Shown: positions 46,880 through 57,650, numbered from the stretch's first letter. The stretch is DNA of 64,000 nucleotides from Candidatus Hydrogenedentota bacterium (GCA_963674865.2 CAXXYE010000009.1:1344001-1408000), one strand, 5' to 3'. A program made the numbers and translations. The notes: generated by a model from the letters alone, not told the origin.

Positions 46880-48581
46880 TGGATTCGTCTCCTATGTTGT
46901 CTTCGACGGCTTGGCCCAGCACGGCCGTCCGTAGCTCCTGAATGCCATTCCGAAGTGCGGCGGCCCCGTTTAAGGCGGCGCGTTCCTCTGTGAAGGCAGG
47001 CAGCCCCTCGGCGAGGGCAAGGCGCAGATCTCTGCCCGAGGCGCGCCGCGCCGTCCAGGCCAATGCCCGTGCCGCCAGGGATAACGCGGCCAGCTCCACG
47101 CCCAGAATAATCGCGAGTACGGCCCCTGCGTGGAGGAAGAAGCCGCCCGAAAGCAACGCATCGCTGAAGTAATCACGCACAATTCGGTATCCCGAGAAGA
47201 GCACGAAGGCCAGGGGAGGCAAGTCCGCCAAGAGAGCGGCCGGCCAACTCGTCAATGTCCGCGCCCTAGCGACGAGCCGCTCATGCGCTGGCCCGGCAAG
47301 AACATTCATGATACGGCGGTTGAGCTCCTCGCGAAATGACTGGAGGCCGGCCTCGTCCTCGCCGCCTTGCTCGTCTCCCTCCGGCATATCGAAGCCCGCT
47401 TGGGCGAACGCCAGGGACACCTCACTGTAAGCGCCTTTGTAAGCCGCCGCTACCTCATTCAAAGCGCCCGCGAGGTCTTCGTTGAACAATTCGTCCCCGC
47501 TGAGCAGCGCCGCTGCCTTGCGGCCGATGCCCCGACTGCCCCAGGGCATCCACTGCGCGAAGCGCGCGGGAACCGTACGCACCGCCTCGAGCAAGCGGAA
47601 GAGGGTGCCCACAATGCCCTTCGCGCGCGGCCCAATTTCGCGGCCCAAAGCAAAATTCCACAGGTGGGGCTCGGTGAACAGGCGGCGCCTGATGATGTCA
47701 CACGCCCGCTTCGCCAGTTCCCGCTCCACGTCATCCAGCCGCCCGCGCAAGGCCGTGAGCGCTTCTTCCCCCGGGGCGACGCGTTCATGGAGGGCGCCGA
47801 CGGTCTTCGTGAGCAGGCCGAGGGCATTCGAGCGCTTGATGCGGCGGATGCGCTCCCGACTCAACTCATGCTGCAGAAATCGCTCGAGCCGGGGGAAGTC
47901 ATACTCGTCATTGCCTGGCTCCCGGCCGGCCAGTTTGCGGTCCAGTGTCCGCCTTGGGCTGGTGCGAAAGTAGTCCGCGACCTTGAAACCTTCCCGCTCG
48001 AGCCGGGACACCCAGTGCTCGCGGACGGTTTCTGCCGTGTCGGCTTTGGTTTCGACGCACGCGAGCGTTCGCTCGGACTTCAGGTCTCGCAGCAGCGACC
48101 ATGTCGCCTCGTCGAGGTATTTCTCCGGACTGCCGCACAGCATGATCAGGTCGCACACGGCCAAGACCTCGGTGACGAGGGCGCGGTGCTCCCGCACAAC
48201 GGTGTCCGAATCGGGCGTGTCGATGATGACGAGGTGCTCGAGAGCCGAGCCCGACACCCCCCGCCACGAGTCGTGTCCAAGGCGCGTCCCGGGCGGATGG
48301 TACACCGTCGGGACGGATGTGCAGGGCCGAAACTCCGACACGGGGGCGAGCTGATCCCCGGCCAACGCGTTGAGGAGCGTTGATTTCCCGACGCCTGACC
48401 CGCCCACCAAGGCGATGACGAGCAGCTCATCCAGCCGCTGTTCCCGGGCCCGCAGCTCTCGAACTCGTTCGTTGAGCAGGGCCGTCTCTGCACGGAGGGG
48501 GCGCCAGGGGCCATCGTAGGCTGCGAGGTCCTCAAGGCGGTCGAGGATATCTACGATTCCTGTCGGCACTGCTCGTGGCAC
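46851..48581 (-). CDS. Dynamin-like / TRAFAC GTPase with C-terminal TM hairpin
   Basis: G1 GGSGVGKST, G2 RPCT, G3 DTPD, G4-like TKAD; long helical region; two hydrophobic helices near the C-terminus. Confidence 0.8.
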   Translation of the reverse strand: MPRAVPTGIVDILDRLEDLAAYDGPWRPLRAETALLNERVRELRAREQRLDELLVIALVGGSGVGKSTLLNALAGDQLAPVSEFRPCTSVPTVYHPPGTRLGHDSWRGVSGSALEHLVIIDTPDSDTVVREHRALVTEVLAVCDLIMLCGSPEKYLDEATWSLLRDLKSERTLACVETKADTAETVREHWVSRLEREGFKVADYFRTSPRRTLDRKLAGREPGNDEYDFPRLERFLQHELSRERIRRIKRSNALGLLTKTVGALHERVAPGEEALTALRGRLDDVERELAKRACDIIRRRLFTEPHLWNFALGREIGPRAKGIVGTLFRLLEAVRTVPARFAQWMPWGSRGIGRKAAALLSGDELFNEDLAGALNEVAAAYKGAYSEVSLAFAQAGFDMPEGDEQGGEDEAGLQSFREELNRRIMNVLAGPAHERLVARARTLTSWPAALLADLPPLAFVLFSGYRIVRDYFSDALLSGGFFLHAGAVLAIILGVELAALSLAARALAWTARRASGRDLRLALAEGLPAFTEERAALNGAAALRNGIQELRTAVLGQAVEDNIGDESNAGEPNAGS

Positions 48582-50317
48582 CTCCGCAACTTGTCCAGGA
48601 GATCACCTTCAAAGGGCGCCCGCGCCCGCTCCAGGGCCTCCATCTTAGGCCGGATAAGCCTACGGCGCAACGCGTCCGCCAAGGTCTGCTGCTGCTCCGC
48701 CTTCCAAGGCGACAAGAAATCGAACATCGCGTCGCCGAACTGGAACTCGATCACGCGCGCCACGAACTGTTCCACGATGGGCCCCGCGAACACCATCGCT
48801 TCGGGCACGCCCACGCCGCCGGTGTAGATCGAGATGGGGGCGGCAATGGCGGCGGGCACCGCGGCCAGGAGCGTATCGAGCGCCTCAAGGGCGCGGCGTT
48901 TGCCCTTGTGGTCGCTCCACCAAGCTTCGAGCGTGAGATTTGCGTGACGGCGGAAGTCCTCCGAAACGCTGGCCGTACGCAGCACATCGGTGATGACGGC
49001 TCGGAGCGCCTCGTCCACGTCCAACGTATCGAACGCGCCGATCAACAAGTGCGCGGCTGGTTCTCGGAGGTTCCGGGAGCTCTCGACGTAACTTCGGGCG
49101 AGGTCACGCGTAATGTTCTCAATGGCTTCCTGATGGACGGTGCGGAGTTCCGCGTCGCTACACGGCTCGTGGGCCGTGTCGAGCGTGCCGCGTTTGTGAA
49201 ACGCCCCCGTTACTGTCTTGGCGACGGCAGTCACTCCGCGCGCCACGGCCCCGCTCGTGGCGCCAATGAGCCGCCGCACGGCCCCGCGTTTCCGCTGGAC
49301 GAACTCATGGAAGAGGCCTCCAACCGCGGCTCCTGGCGCCGGATCGTATCGCGCCGCGAAGGCGGTGGCGCGCCCTTCAAACTCGTCGGCCACGCCCTTC
49401 AGGACTGCACCCATTTGCTCGGCGCGCTCCAGGAACTCTGTGGCCGCCTCTGCGAAATGCGCGACGGTGTCACGATAGACACGGTGCTTAATGGCGGGCA
49501 CGTCGAGTTCCTCAAGGTAGGTGCGTAAGTCCGTAACGCCATCCGCGGAGCGAATCGTGGAACAGGCTTCCGTGTCTCCGATGCGAAGCGGGAGAAGGAA
49601 GGCGGGCGCCTCCGTGGCCACGTCCGCCCGGAACTCATCGAGCTGCCTACGCGCGATCGCGAAGTCGCCGGACGGGTCGGCCTTATTCATGAGGGGGACC
49701 ACCATGCGGCCCGAGGCCAGGGCGTCGCGGAAGAAGTCGACGACGCGCTCATCGCGGTATTTCTCCCCCGTCAGCACGGCGATCACCACGTCGCCCGCGG
49801 CGCGGATGTGCTCCGCCACGGCCCAATGACGCTTCTCGATGGAATCGATGTCAGGTGTGTCGAGCAGCGCCAGCCGGTTGCCCAGCCCCTCACGGGCCGC
49901 CACAAACAGACGGCCGTCCGGCTGGCCATCCGCGAGGGCATCGCCGGGTGCCTTCCACGGTGCCGGCTTGAACTCAGGGACCAGCTTCCCCTCAAGGCAT
50001 TGCCGGGCGCGGTCGGGATGGGCCGCGATCACGGGATGGCGCGTCGCGGCCGCCGTTGGTACCACGGGACTGATGGCCGCCCCGAGCAGCGTGTTGAAAA
50101 CCGTTGACTTGCCGGAGTTGGTTCCGCCGGCCACCGCCGCTATAAGGCAGCCCTCGCCCGCGAGGTGCGGCACGAGCTTGTACGTCAAGAGGTTGGCCCA
50201 TCCGGAGGTATCGGCGAATACGGTATCCCGGAGAGGCGGGTCGAATGCGAGGGCTTCACGGAATTCGCGCACGGCTGTGTCGAACTCGCTCAACGCCTGT
50301 CCAAGGATGTCATGCAT
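48551..50317 (-). CDS. Dynamin-like / TRAFAC GTPase with hydrophobic paddle
   Basis: G1 GGTNSGKST, G3 DTPDIDS, G4 NKAD; helical stalk; hydrophobic segment LLAAVPAAIAAPISIYTGG. Confidence 0.8.
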   Translation of the reverse strand: MHDILGQALSEFDTAVREFREALAFDPPLRDTVFADTSGWANLLTYKLVPHLAGEGCLIAAVAGGTNSGKSTVFNTLLGAAISPVVPTAAATRHPVIAAHPDRARQCLEGKLVPEFKPAPWKAPGDALADGQPDGRLFVAAREGLGNRLALLDTPDIDSIEKRHWAVAEHIRAAGDVVIAVLTGEKYRDERVVDFFRDALASGRMVVPLMNKADPSGDFAIARRQLDEFRADVATEAPAFLLPLRIGDTEACSTIRSADGVTDLRTYLEELDVPAIKHRVYRDTVAHFAEAATEFLERAEQMGAVLKGVADEFEGRATAFAARYDPAPGAAVGGLFHEFVQRKRGAVRRLIGATSGAVARGVTAVAKTVTGAFHKRGTLDTAHEPCSDAELRTVHQEAIENITRDLARSYVESSRNLREPAAHLLIGAFDTLDVDEALRAVITDVLRTASVSEDFRRHANLTLEAWWSDHKGKRRALEALDTLLAAVPAAIAAPISIYTGGVGVPEAMVFAGPIVEQFVARVIEFQFGDAMFDFLSPWKAEQQQTLADALRRRLIRPKMEALERARAPFEGDLLDKLRRCHEQCRQES

Positions 50318-50363
50318 ACTTGAAAGACCCCTGCGTAACGGCCTGAAAACGCGCGGACGCCGG

Positions 50364-51051
50364 CTACTTCCCGAACCGCAGGCGGAACAAGTTGGCGATC
50401 CCTTGCCAGATCTCCGACTTGTCCAGTTTCGACACCCCTCCCCGGCGGTCTTCGAAGATGATCGGCGTCTCGCCGACGCTGAAGCCGCGGCTTACGCATC
50501 GGTAGAGCAACTCCACCAGGAACGCGTACCCTTCGGAGTGCAGCGTGTCCAACTCGGATGGCTTCAAGCACTGCCCGCCGGTAGCAGCGGTATCCGGATG
50601 TGACGTCGTGGGCGGGCATATGGAGCATCAGCCTGGCCACCAGATTCGCTGTCCGGCTCAGGATCTGCCGGTGCAGGCCCCAATTCCGCGTACCTCCCCC
50701 GGGAATATAGCGGGCGCCGATGCCGACGTCGTATTGCTCCATCAGGCCAAGCATCGCCGGCAGGACCTTTGGATCGTGACTGAAATCCGCGTCCATCCCG
50801 GCGATGAGGTCGTATCCTTGCTTGACGGCGTACTGGAATCCGGCGACGTACGCCGTACCAAGCCCCAGCTTCCCGGAGCGTTCGATCACATGGACCTTGT
50901 CCAGTGCTGCGGCGATTGTCCCGGTTCCGTCGGGCGACCCGTCATCAACGACGATGACGTCGAGGTCCGGGCACGCCTCATGAATCGCGGCCACCAGGGC
51001 CCCGATGTTCTCCGCCTCGTTGTACGTTGGGATAACGACGACCGACTTCAC
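50364..51051 (-). pseudogene. Polyprenol monophosphomannose synthase (Ppm1/DPM1-like GT2) with a one-base frameshift
   Basis: VIPTYNEAEN, DDGSPDGT, MDADFSH, D.TSGYRCY in one frame; the conserved SEGYAFLVE...ETPIIFEDRR.G.SK continues in another frame after an extra base at ~50556. Could be an assembly error. Confidence 0.8.
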
Positions 51052-51096
51052 CGGTTCTCGCTCCGCTGATTATCATCCCGCGCCATGTTGCGGCAC

Positions 51097-51127
51097 ATTA
51101 TAGAAGCCTTCGCCGTGGGCGCGTCAA
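51097..51127 (-). promoter_or_regulatory. Possible sigma70 promoter for the ppm1-GTPase unit
   Basis: Minus strand TTGACG-N19-TATAAT; the spacer is longer than optimal. Confidence 0.4.
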
Positions 51128-51174
51128 GGCGCGCGAATAACATGTAGTCACAGCAGCCCAGACGAGCACTCGGC

Positions 51175-53700
51175 CTATTTCACCACCAGGTTGGTGAGTT
51201 TGCCGGGGACATAGATCTCTTTGACGATGTTCTTTCCCTCGATGTAACGGATGATCTTAGGAGCGCCCTTGGCGGCCGCGAGGATCGCGTCCTTGTCGGC
51301 GCCGGCGGGGACTTCCACAACGGCCCGAACCTTACCGTTGACCTGGACAGGCACCTGGATGGTGTCCTCAGTCAACAGGGCCTCGTCATGCTCGGGCCAC
51401 GACTCGTAAGCGAGGGTGTCGGCGTGCCCCAGGAGATGCCAGAGCTCTTCACCCAGATGTGGTGCGAAAGGTGAGAGAAGCAGGACGAATGTTCTCATCA
51501 CATCGCGGTCGACGGCCTTGGCCTTCAGGCCCGCATTCACGAATTCCATGAGACGGGCGATGGCCGTGTTAAAGAGCATACCTTCGATATCATTGGTGAC
51601 GGCCTTGATGGTGTGGTGGAGGATCTTCAGCATCTCCGCATCGCCGCCTTCGGACACAATCCTCGGACTCAGGCAGCCCTCGTCGGCTACAAAGAGGCTC
51701 CAGGTTCGCCGAAGAAAGCGAAAGACTCCCTGGATGCCTTCGTCCGTCCACGGCTTTTCCCGGTCGAGGGGGCCCATGAACATCTCGTAAAGCCGCACGG
51801 CGTCGGCGCCGTACTTCTCGACCACGTCATCCGGATTGACGACGTTATAGCGCGACTTGCTCATCTTCTCGATCTGCGTTTGCACGGGCGTGCCCGTTTC
51901 TTTGACCACCCACGTGTCCCCGCGCCGCTCCACCTGTTCGGGATAGTAATACTTGCCCTGCTCATCCTGATAGCTGTAGGCAAGGATCATGCCCTGGTTG
52001 AAGAGCTTCGTGAACGGCTCCGGCGTGGACACATGCCCGGCATCGTAAAGCACCTTGTGCCAGAACCGGGCATAGAGCAGATGCAGCACAGCGTGTTCCG
52101 CGCCGCCGATGTAGAGGTCGACGGGCATCCAGTAGCTTTCGGCCTCCTTCGACCACGCGGCCTCGTCGTTTTGCGGATCGCAGAACCGAAGGTAGTACCA
52201 GCACGACCCGGCCCATTGGGGCATGGTATTGGTTTCGCGCTTGGCAGGTTCGCCGGATTTCGGGTCGGTGCTATTGACCCATTCCGTGGCGCGTGCCAGG
52301 GGCGGATGGCCGTCGGCCGTCGGCTTGTATTCGTCAAGTTCGGGCAGGACGACGGGCAGATCCTCAAGCGGCACGGCGCGCACGGTGCCGTCTTCGAGCG
52401 TGATGAGCGGAAAGGGCTCACCCCAGTACCGCTGCCGTGAGAAGAGCCAGTCGCGAAGGCGGTAGTTGACCGTGCCCTTCCCAAGGCCCTTTTCCTCGAG
52501 CCAGGCCGAGATCTTCTTCTTGGCATCGGGCACGTTCAGCCCGTCGATAAGGGGCGAATTGACGAGGACGCCGTCGCCGGTGAAGGCCTCCTTCTCGATA
52601 TCGCCGCCGCTGATGACCTCGATGATGGGAAGGGCGAAGGTCCGGGCGAATTCGTAGTCGCGGGTGTCGTGCGCCGGGACGGCCATGATGGCGCCGTAGC
52701 CGTATTCGGCCAGCACGTAGTCGGCCACCCAAATGGGAATTTCTTTGCCATTGACGGGATTCACGGCGAATCCGCCGGTGAAAACGCCGGTTTTTTCCCT
52801 TTCTTCCTTCATGCGGTCCTGGGCGCTGCGCTTCGATGCCGCTTCAACGTAAGCATCGACCTCGGCCTGGCGTTCCCCCGTGGTGACGCTTGCCACAAGG
52901 GGATGTTCCGGCGCGAAGACGCAATAGGTCGCCCCGAAGAGCGTGTCGGGGCGCGTGGTGAATACCGTGAACTCCTCGCCCGATCCGGCCACTTTGAACA
53001 CTACGTCCGCGCCTTCCGAGCGGCCTATCCACTCGCGCTGCATGGCCTTAATGCCCTCGGGCCAGTCAAGTTGGTCGAGGTCCTCGAGCAGGCGCTCGGC
53101 GTACGCCGTGATCTTCAGCATCCACTGCTTCATCATGCGCTTTTCGACGGGATCGCCGGTTTCGACGTAGGCGCCGTCCTTGACCTCCTCATTGGCCAGT
53201 ACCGTGCCGAGGGCGGGGCACCAGTTGACGGCGGCTTCGGCCTGGTAGGCGAGCCCCCGCTCGAAAAGCACCTCGAAGATCCACTGAGTCCACTTGTAAT
53301 AGCCGGGATCGGTGGTGTTGATTTCGCGATCCCAGTCGTAAGAAAGGCCAAGGGACTGGATCTGGCGGCGGAAAGTGTCGCAGTTCTTTTGGGTGATGAT
53401 GGCCGGGTGTTCCCCGGTGCGGACGGCGTGGCGCTCCGCGGGAAGCCCGAAGGCGTCCCATCCCATGGGATGAAGGACGTTAAAGCCCCGCATCCTCTTG
53501 TAGCGGGCTACGATATCCGTGGCCGTGTAGCCCTCGGGATGGCCGACGTGCAGGCCGTCGCCGCTGGGGTAGGGGAACATATCCAGTATGTAGTATTTGG
53601 GCTTGTTTCGGTCGATTTTGGCTCTAAACGTCTTGCTTTTCGCCCAATAATCCTGCCATTTCTTCTCAATGGCCTTATGATCGTATTCCGCTCGCGCCAT
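51175..53700 (-). CDS. leuS: Leucine-tRNA ligase
   Basis: [23 protein letters not shown], editing domain [27 protein letters not shown]. Confidence 0.98.
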   Translation of the reverse strand: MARAEYDHKAIEKKWQDYWAKSKTFRAKIDRNKPKYYILDMFPYPSGDGLHVGHPEGYTATDIVARYKRMRGFNVLHPMGWDAFGLPAERHAVRTGEHPAIITQKNCDTFRRQIQSLGLSYDWDREINTTDPGYYKWTQWIFEVLFERGLAYQAEAAVNWCPALGTVLANEEVKDGAYVETGDPVEKRMMKQWMLKITAYAERLLEDLDQLDWPEGIKAMQREWIGRSEGADVVFKVAGSGEEFTVFTTRPDTLFGATYCVFAPEHPLVASVTTGERQAEVDAYVEAASKRSAQDRMKEEREKTGVFTGGFAVNPVNGKEIPIWVADYVLAEYGYGAIMAVPAHDTRDYEFARTFALPIIEVISGGDIEKEAFTGDGVLVNSPLIDGLNVPDAKKKISAWLEEKGLGKGTVNYRLRDWLFSRQRYWGEPFPLITLEDGTVRAVPLEDLPVVLPELDEYKPTADGHPPLARATEWVNSTDPKSGEPAKRETNTMPQWAGSCWYYLRFCDPQNDEAAWSKEAESYWMPVDLYIGGAEHAVLHLLYARFWHKVLYDAGHVSTPEPFTKLFNQGMILAYSYQDEQGKYYYPEQVERRGDTWVVKETGTPVQTQIEKMSKSRYNVVNPDDVVEKYGADAVRLYEMFMGPLDREKPWTDEGIQGVFRFLRRTWSLFVADEGCLSPRIVSEGGDAEMLKILHHTIKAVTNDIEGMLFNTAIARLMEFVNAGLKAKAVDRDVMRTFVLLLSPFAPHLGEELWHLLGHADTLAYESWPEHDEALLTEDTIQVPVQVNGKVRAVVEVPAGADKDAILAAAKGAPKIIRYIEGKNIVKEIYVPGKLTNLVVK

Positions 53701-54251
53701 GGGGTGTTTGCCTCCCGCATAGATTAGTGAGAACCGTCGGACAGCTTGGTTGACGGTGGGCGTGACTATAGCACATTGGTTCAAGGTGATTCAGCCGCAC
53801 ACGATTGCCCGGGAGACATTTAAGCCGGGCCGCGGCCGCCTTCGGTAGATGCGCATGAATCCGATAACAGTGTTGCGCTCGGCGATCTTGGAGGGCCGTG
53901 CACATCTGAAGCGTTGCGGGAGGCTGTGGTCAGAAGGAAGGATTCCAGACGGTCAAGTTTATACTGGACAAACATGCGTAATTAGATTATATTATGTTAA
54001 GTGCGCCGGAATATGGTCCGTTTTGGAACATATTCCTACTTATATAATAGGAAATGGCCACTTAGTCAACGAGAAGAAAGTAAATGCACAGGTGTTCTGT
54101 CGCTAGGAGGAGCGATTCTTCAGGCCGTCGAGTTCGCGTTCAGCCTATAGCCGGTGGCGAGGAACGCAATAGCCATCTTAGGGTTTCATCTAGTAACCGA
54201 GTATACAAACGTTACCGGTAGACGGCCGGCAGGGCTGACAAGAGAGGCTGT

Positions 54252-54611
54252 ATGATGGTCACGGAGAAGCAAGATAAAAGACGCTACGAGCGTCGCCGCG
54301 CGCGGGTGGCCGCCCGGCTCATGTTCCATGGGCCGGATCGGCGCAAGACGGTGACCACCCTCGATCTGAGTGCTCAAGGCGCGCGTTTCAGCAACCACGA
54401 GTCGGTGAGAACCGACAAACCGGTTATTGTGCAGCTTCGGCTCGATCCGCATGGTGTACCTATCGAATGCAAGGGCCGTGTCTGCTGGTCCAAGAAGATG
54501 CCGGATTCCCGCTGCCACTTCGGGGTGCGGTTCGTGGACCTCAACGAAGAGGAGCAGTGGCGCGTCAGCGAGTTCCTTGGTGCGGGCCAGGGGGCCATGG
54601 CGCACGCCTAG
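54252..54611 (+). CDS. Stand-alone PilZ-domain protein
   Basis: RRYER (RxxxR) and DLSAQG (DxSxxG) c-di-GMP motifs; GRVCW, FGVRF. Confidence 0.9.
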   Translation: MMVTEKQDKRRYERRRARVAARLMFHGPDRRKTVTTLDLSAQGARFSNHESVRTDKPVIVQLRLDPHGVPIECKGRVCWSKKMPDSRCHFGVRFVDLNEEEQWRVSEFLGAGQGAMAHA

Positions 54612-54671
54612 CCTATTCAAGGAAGGTTTGGCAGTCTCAAGTCGTTAGAGCCCTTGCCCTTGATGCTGAGG

Positions 54672-55802
54672 TTAGGGCTTCTTGACGAACTTCTCGTCAC
54701 TATCTACGATCTGCGTCTTCACCTTGTCCCTTGCTCCGCGAAGCGCTTGGAGTTCCTGTTTGGTTGTGATGGGGCCGAACTCGAGATGTACTTCCTTGTG
54801 TTCGCCGGGGCGTAGCGAGTGCAAGAGGCCCTTTGTCTCGTCCACCTGGCGCCCTTGGACGCCGCAATTGCAGGGCTCAAGGCCGACCACGTAATCTTGT
54901 TCGCCCATTTGCTTCCACTGGGTGAAGCGGGGCAGTTCCTTCTTGTTATACTTGAGATAAACGCCGAAGCCTTCGCCGCCCCGTTTGAATCCGTTGTTTA
55001 CAATTGCACACGTCACCCATCCATTGCGATCCGGCGCCATGTCGTGGGCATAGCATTTCTCGGCGTAGTTGTGGATGGGCGGGTCGAGACGCCACCAGTT
55101 CTCCTTGCCATCCTGAGCTTCCGCGTCGCGCGGCGCGACGTAGCGGCTGGGCGTGATGAGTTCGGAGCCGGCGTCGACGGCGGGCCAGCCGATGTTGCAG
55201 TGGTATAGGAGCATGTACTTCGTTGTTTTGAAGCCTTCATTGGCGACGACGTCGTGGAGCCAGAAGCGGCGTTCGCCGAGCTTCGTCGATACGGTGCGCG
55301 TCAGCGTCAGGTTCTCGCCGAATACCACGGTTTCGCGCATTGTTCCGGTGACGCTGAGGATGTAGTCGCCGCCCACCCATTCTTGACGGATCTGGATGTT
55401 CTTGGCCGGGGTGTTGCCGATTCGCCCGTGCAGTCCCGTACCTAGAATGGCGCTTTCCTCCGTCGGCGCGCCGACGTTCATTAGGCCGCACGTGGTGACC
55501 AGTCCGCCAAAATAGCTTCGCAGCCAGCGGAGCCATTCGGCTTCGAAGTACTGCGGCGCTACGTCGCCCGTGGTTGAGCGCCATCCCATGGCTTTTCCGC
55601 AGAATGAGGCGGAGGCGATGTCCAGGCAGCGGTCGAGGAGAACCGTCAATTCGAGTCCGCTGCCTGTACGAATCTGCGCCGCCCGTGTGGGACGCTCGTT
55701 GCCGTCGTCCAACTGGACGGTGCGGATCGCGGCAATCTGATCCATATTACCGACGCGTTTGCGCAGTTCTTTCGTCGTGTATTTCTTGCCGTATATCTCC
55801 AT
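54672..55802 (-). CDS. Aldose 1-epimerase-like protein (DUF4432)
   Basis: TGSGL..TVL.DR.LDI, GGLVTTCGL, LHGRI, LLYHCNIG, YVVGLEP. Confidence 0.85.
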   Translation of the reverse strand: MEIYGKKYTTKELRKRVGNMDQIAAIRTVQLDDGNERPTRAAQIRTGSGLELTVLLDRCLDIASASFCGKAMGWRSTTGDVAPQYFEAEWLRWLRSYFGGLVTTCGLMNVGAPTEESAILGTGLHGRIGNTPAKNIQIRQEWVGGDYILSVTGTMRETVVFGENLTLTRTVSTKLGERRFWLHDVVANEGFKTTKYMLLYHCNIGWPAVDAGSELITPSRYVAPRDAEAQDGKENWWRLDPPIHNYAEKCYAHDMAPDRNGWVTCAIVNNGFKRGGEGFGVYLKYNKKELPRFTQWKQMGEQDYVVGLEPCNCGVQGRQVDETKGLLHSLRPGEHKEVHLEFGPITTKQELQALRGARDKVKTQIVDSDEKFVKKP

Positions 55803-55935
55803 GGCACCATCCTCCCGCCATATTGTCCCGTAGGTTTTCCCAAGGATAAAGGATCGGCCGCGGCAAGTCCATCCGCTCAATGGGCTCCCAATCCGCACGT
55901 AAGTCGGGCCGGTTTCGCGCCAATGGCGGGAATAT

Positions 55936-56042
55936 GCAGGCTGGAAGCCTGCGCCACGGTATGGCCCTTCTCGGGACTTTGGCAAGCGGGTCTTGACAAA
56001 TGCTGAGCGCGCCGGAGATTGTGGCGCAGGCATCCTGCCTGC
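55936..56042. repeat. Two REP-like elements in the divergent intergenic region
   Basis: GCAGGCTGGAAGCCTGCGCCAC (55936-55957) and TTGTGGCGCAGGCATCCTGCCTGC (56019-56042). Confidence 0.7.
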
Positions 56043-56234
56043 CTCCGGCGCGCGTGCTTGGGATGCAGGACTACGCTTACGTGCGGATTCTGGCGGGCCG
56101 CGTGCGTGGTCGAGATGCCTCGACGTGGTCCCGGCTCAACGTTCCTGGAAAACGCCTGTCGTTCGGACTACAATCCAGGTGTCACCAAACCAATCAGCAT
56201 TGGCGCGGGCCGCGCCTGGATAGGGAGCAGCGGG

Positions 56235-57650
56235 ATGAAGGATCAGAAGACGACATTTGCGGTGTTTCTAGGGAACCGAGGATTCTTTCCAGCCAGCTTG
56301 ATGGATGGGGCGCGTGACGAGATTCCGCGCGTGCTGAAGGCGATGGGGCACGATTCAATCCTCCTCGAACGCGACGCCACGCGAAACGGGGCCGTGGAGA
56401 CGCCCGCCGAAGGCGAGATCTACGCCAACTTCCTTCGCGAGAACCGGGGGAAATTCGGCGGAGTTCTCCTCTGTTTGCCGAATTTCGGCGACGAAACGGG
56501 CGCCATTGCGGCGCTCAAGGATGCGGGCGTGCCCATCTTCATCCAGGCCTATCCGGACGAAATGGACAAGATGGCGCCGGCATTGCGGCGCGATTCGTTC
56601 TGCGGCAAGTTCTCGATCATGGACGTGTTCTACCAATACGGGCTGAAGTTCACCGTTGTGCCGCCCCACACCATCAGCCCGTCGAGCGATCGATTCCGCG
56701 AGCAGATGCGTTTCTTCGACGGCGTGTGCCGGGTGTACAACGGCGTCAAGCGTATGGTGGTAGGCGCCGTGGGAGCGCGCACGACGGCCTTCAAGACGGT
56801 GCGCATCGATGAGGTGGCCTTGCAGCGCCACGATATCACCATGGAAACACTCGACCTGAGCGATATCTTCAAGCGCATGGAGGATGTCCCGAAGGATGAT
56901 GTGTACAAGGCCAAAGCGGAGGCGCTCGAAGACGTGGCGAGTTGGGAGGGTGTCCCGGCGGAGGCCAAAGACAAGCTCGTCCGGCTTGGCGTCGTCCTGG
57001 ATCAGGTTATCGACGAGTACAAGATGGACGCCCTCGCCCTTCGCTGCTGGGTCGAGATGCAGAAACACTTGGGCATCTCGCCGTGCGTGCTGTTGAGCGA
57101 ACTCAACGATCGGGGCATGCCCGCGGCGTGCGAGGTGGATGTGGGCAACGCCGTCGCCATGTACGCATTGAGTTTGGCCTCAGGTAAGCCGGCCACATGT
57201 CTGGACTGGAACAATAACTACGGCGACGAAGACGACAAGTGCATCCTGTTCCACTGCGGGCCGGTGCCGAAGAGCCTGATGAGCGCCAAGGGCCGCATCG
57301 TGGATCACGCCATCCTGGCCAACGCCGTCGGCGAAGGGTGCAGCTACGGATGCAACGTGGGCCGGATCGCTCCCGTCGAATTCTCGTTCGGCAGCATGAT
57401 GACTTTCAACGGCAAGCCGCGGTTCTATCTCGGCGGTGGGACGTTCACGGCCGATCCGATCCCGGAGGATTTCTTCGGGTGCGCGGGCGTGGCCCAGATC
57501 GAGCAGCTCCAGGACGTGTTGCTTCACGTCGGTAAGAACGGCTACCGCCATCACGTGAGCGCCACCCCTGGCGATGTGGTGGCGCCGGTGCGTGAAGCCC
57601 TCGAGAATTACATGGGCCTCGAAGTGGCTGTGCCGCAAACCGACGGCTAG
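56235..57650 (+). CDS. L-fucose/L-arabinose isomerase-like protein (paralog 2)
   Basis: GNRGFFP, PNFGDE, RRDSFCGK, ACEVD, DWNNNYG, FHCGP, GYRHHV. Confidence 0.85.
   Translation: MKDQKTTFAVFLGNRGFFPASLMDGARDEIPRVLKAMGHDSILLERDATRNGAVETPAEGEIYANFLRENRGKFGGVLLCLPNFGDETGAIAALKDAGVPIFIQAYPDEMDKMAPALRRDSFCGKFSIMDVFYQYGLKFTVVPPHTISPSSDRFREQMRFFDGVCRVYNGVKRMVVGAVGARTTAFKTVRIDEVALQRHDITMETLDLSDIFKRMEDVPKDDVYKAKAEALEDVASWEGVPAEAKDKLVRLGVVLDQVIDEYKMDALALRCWVEMQKHLGISPCVLLSELNDRGMPAACEVDVGNAVAMYALSLASGKPATCLDWNNNYGDEDDKCILFHCGPVPKSLMSAKGRIVDHAILANAVGEGCSYGCNVGRIAPVEFSFGSMMTFNGKPRFYLGGGTFTADPIPEDFFGCAGVAQIEQLQDVLLHVGKNGYRHHVSATPGDVVAPVREALENYMGLEVAVPQTDG

Noticed and set aside
50290..50555. The ORF-track C-terminus of the 253-aa GT2 (RVGHAALRR...)
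   Set aside because: Out-of-frame read-through after the frameshift; the conserved C-terminus is in the 50364-50567 frame.
53701..53940. T-box leader upstream of leuS
   Set aside because: No T-box consensus or terminator; an extended -10-like TGcTATAGT lies only ~65 nt from the start, leaving no room.
54050..54251. c-di-GMP riboswitch upstream of the PilZ gene
   Set aside because: The GEMM core (GGCAAA...GAAA...GACGCAAAGC) could not be matched by eye.
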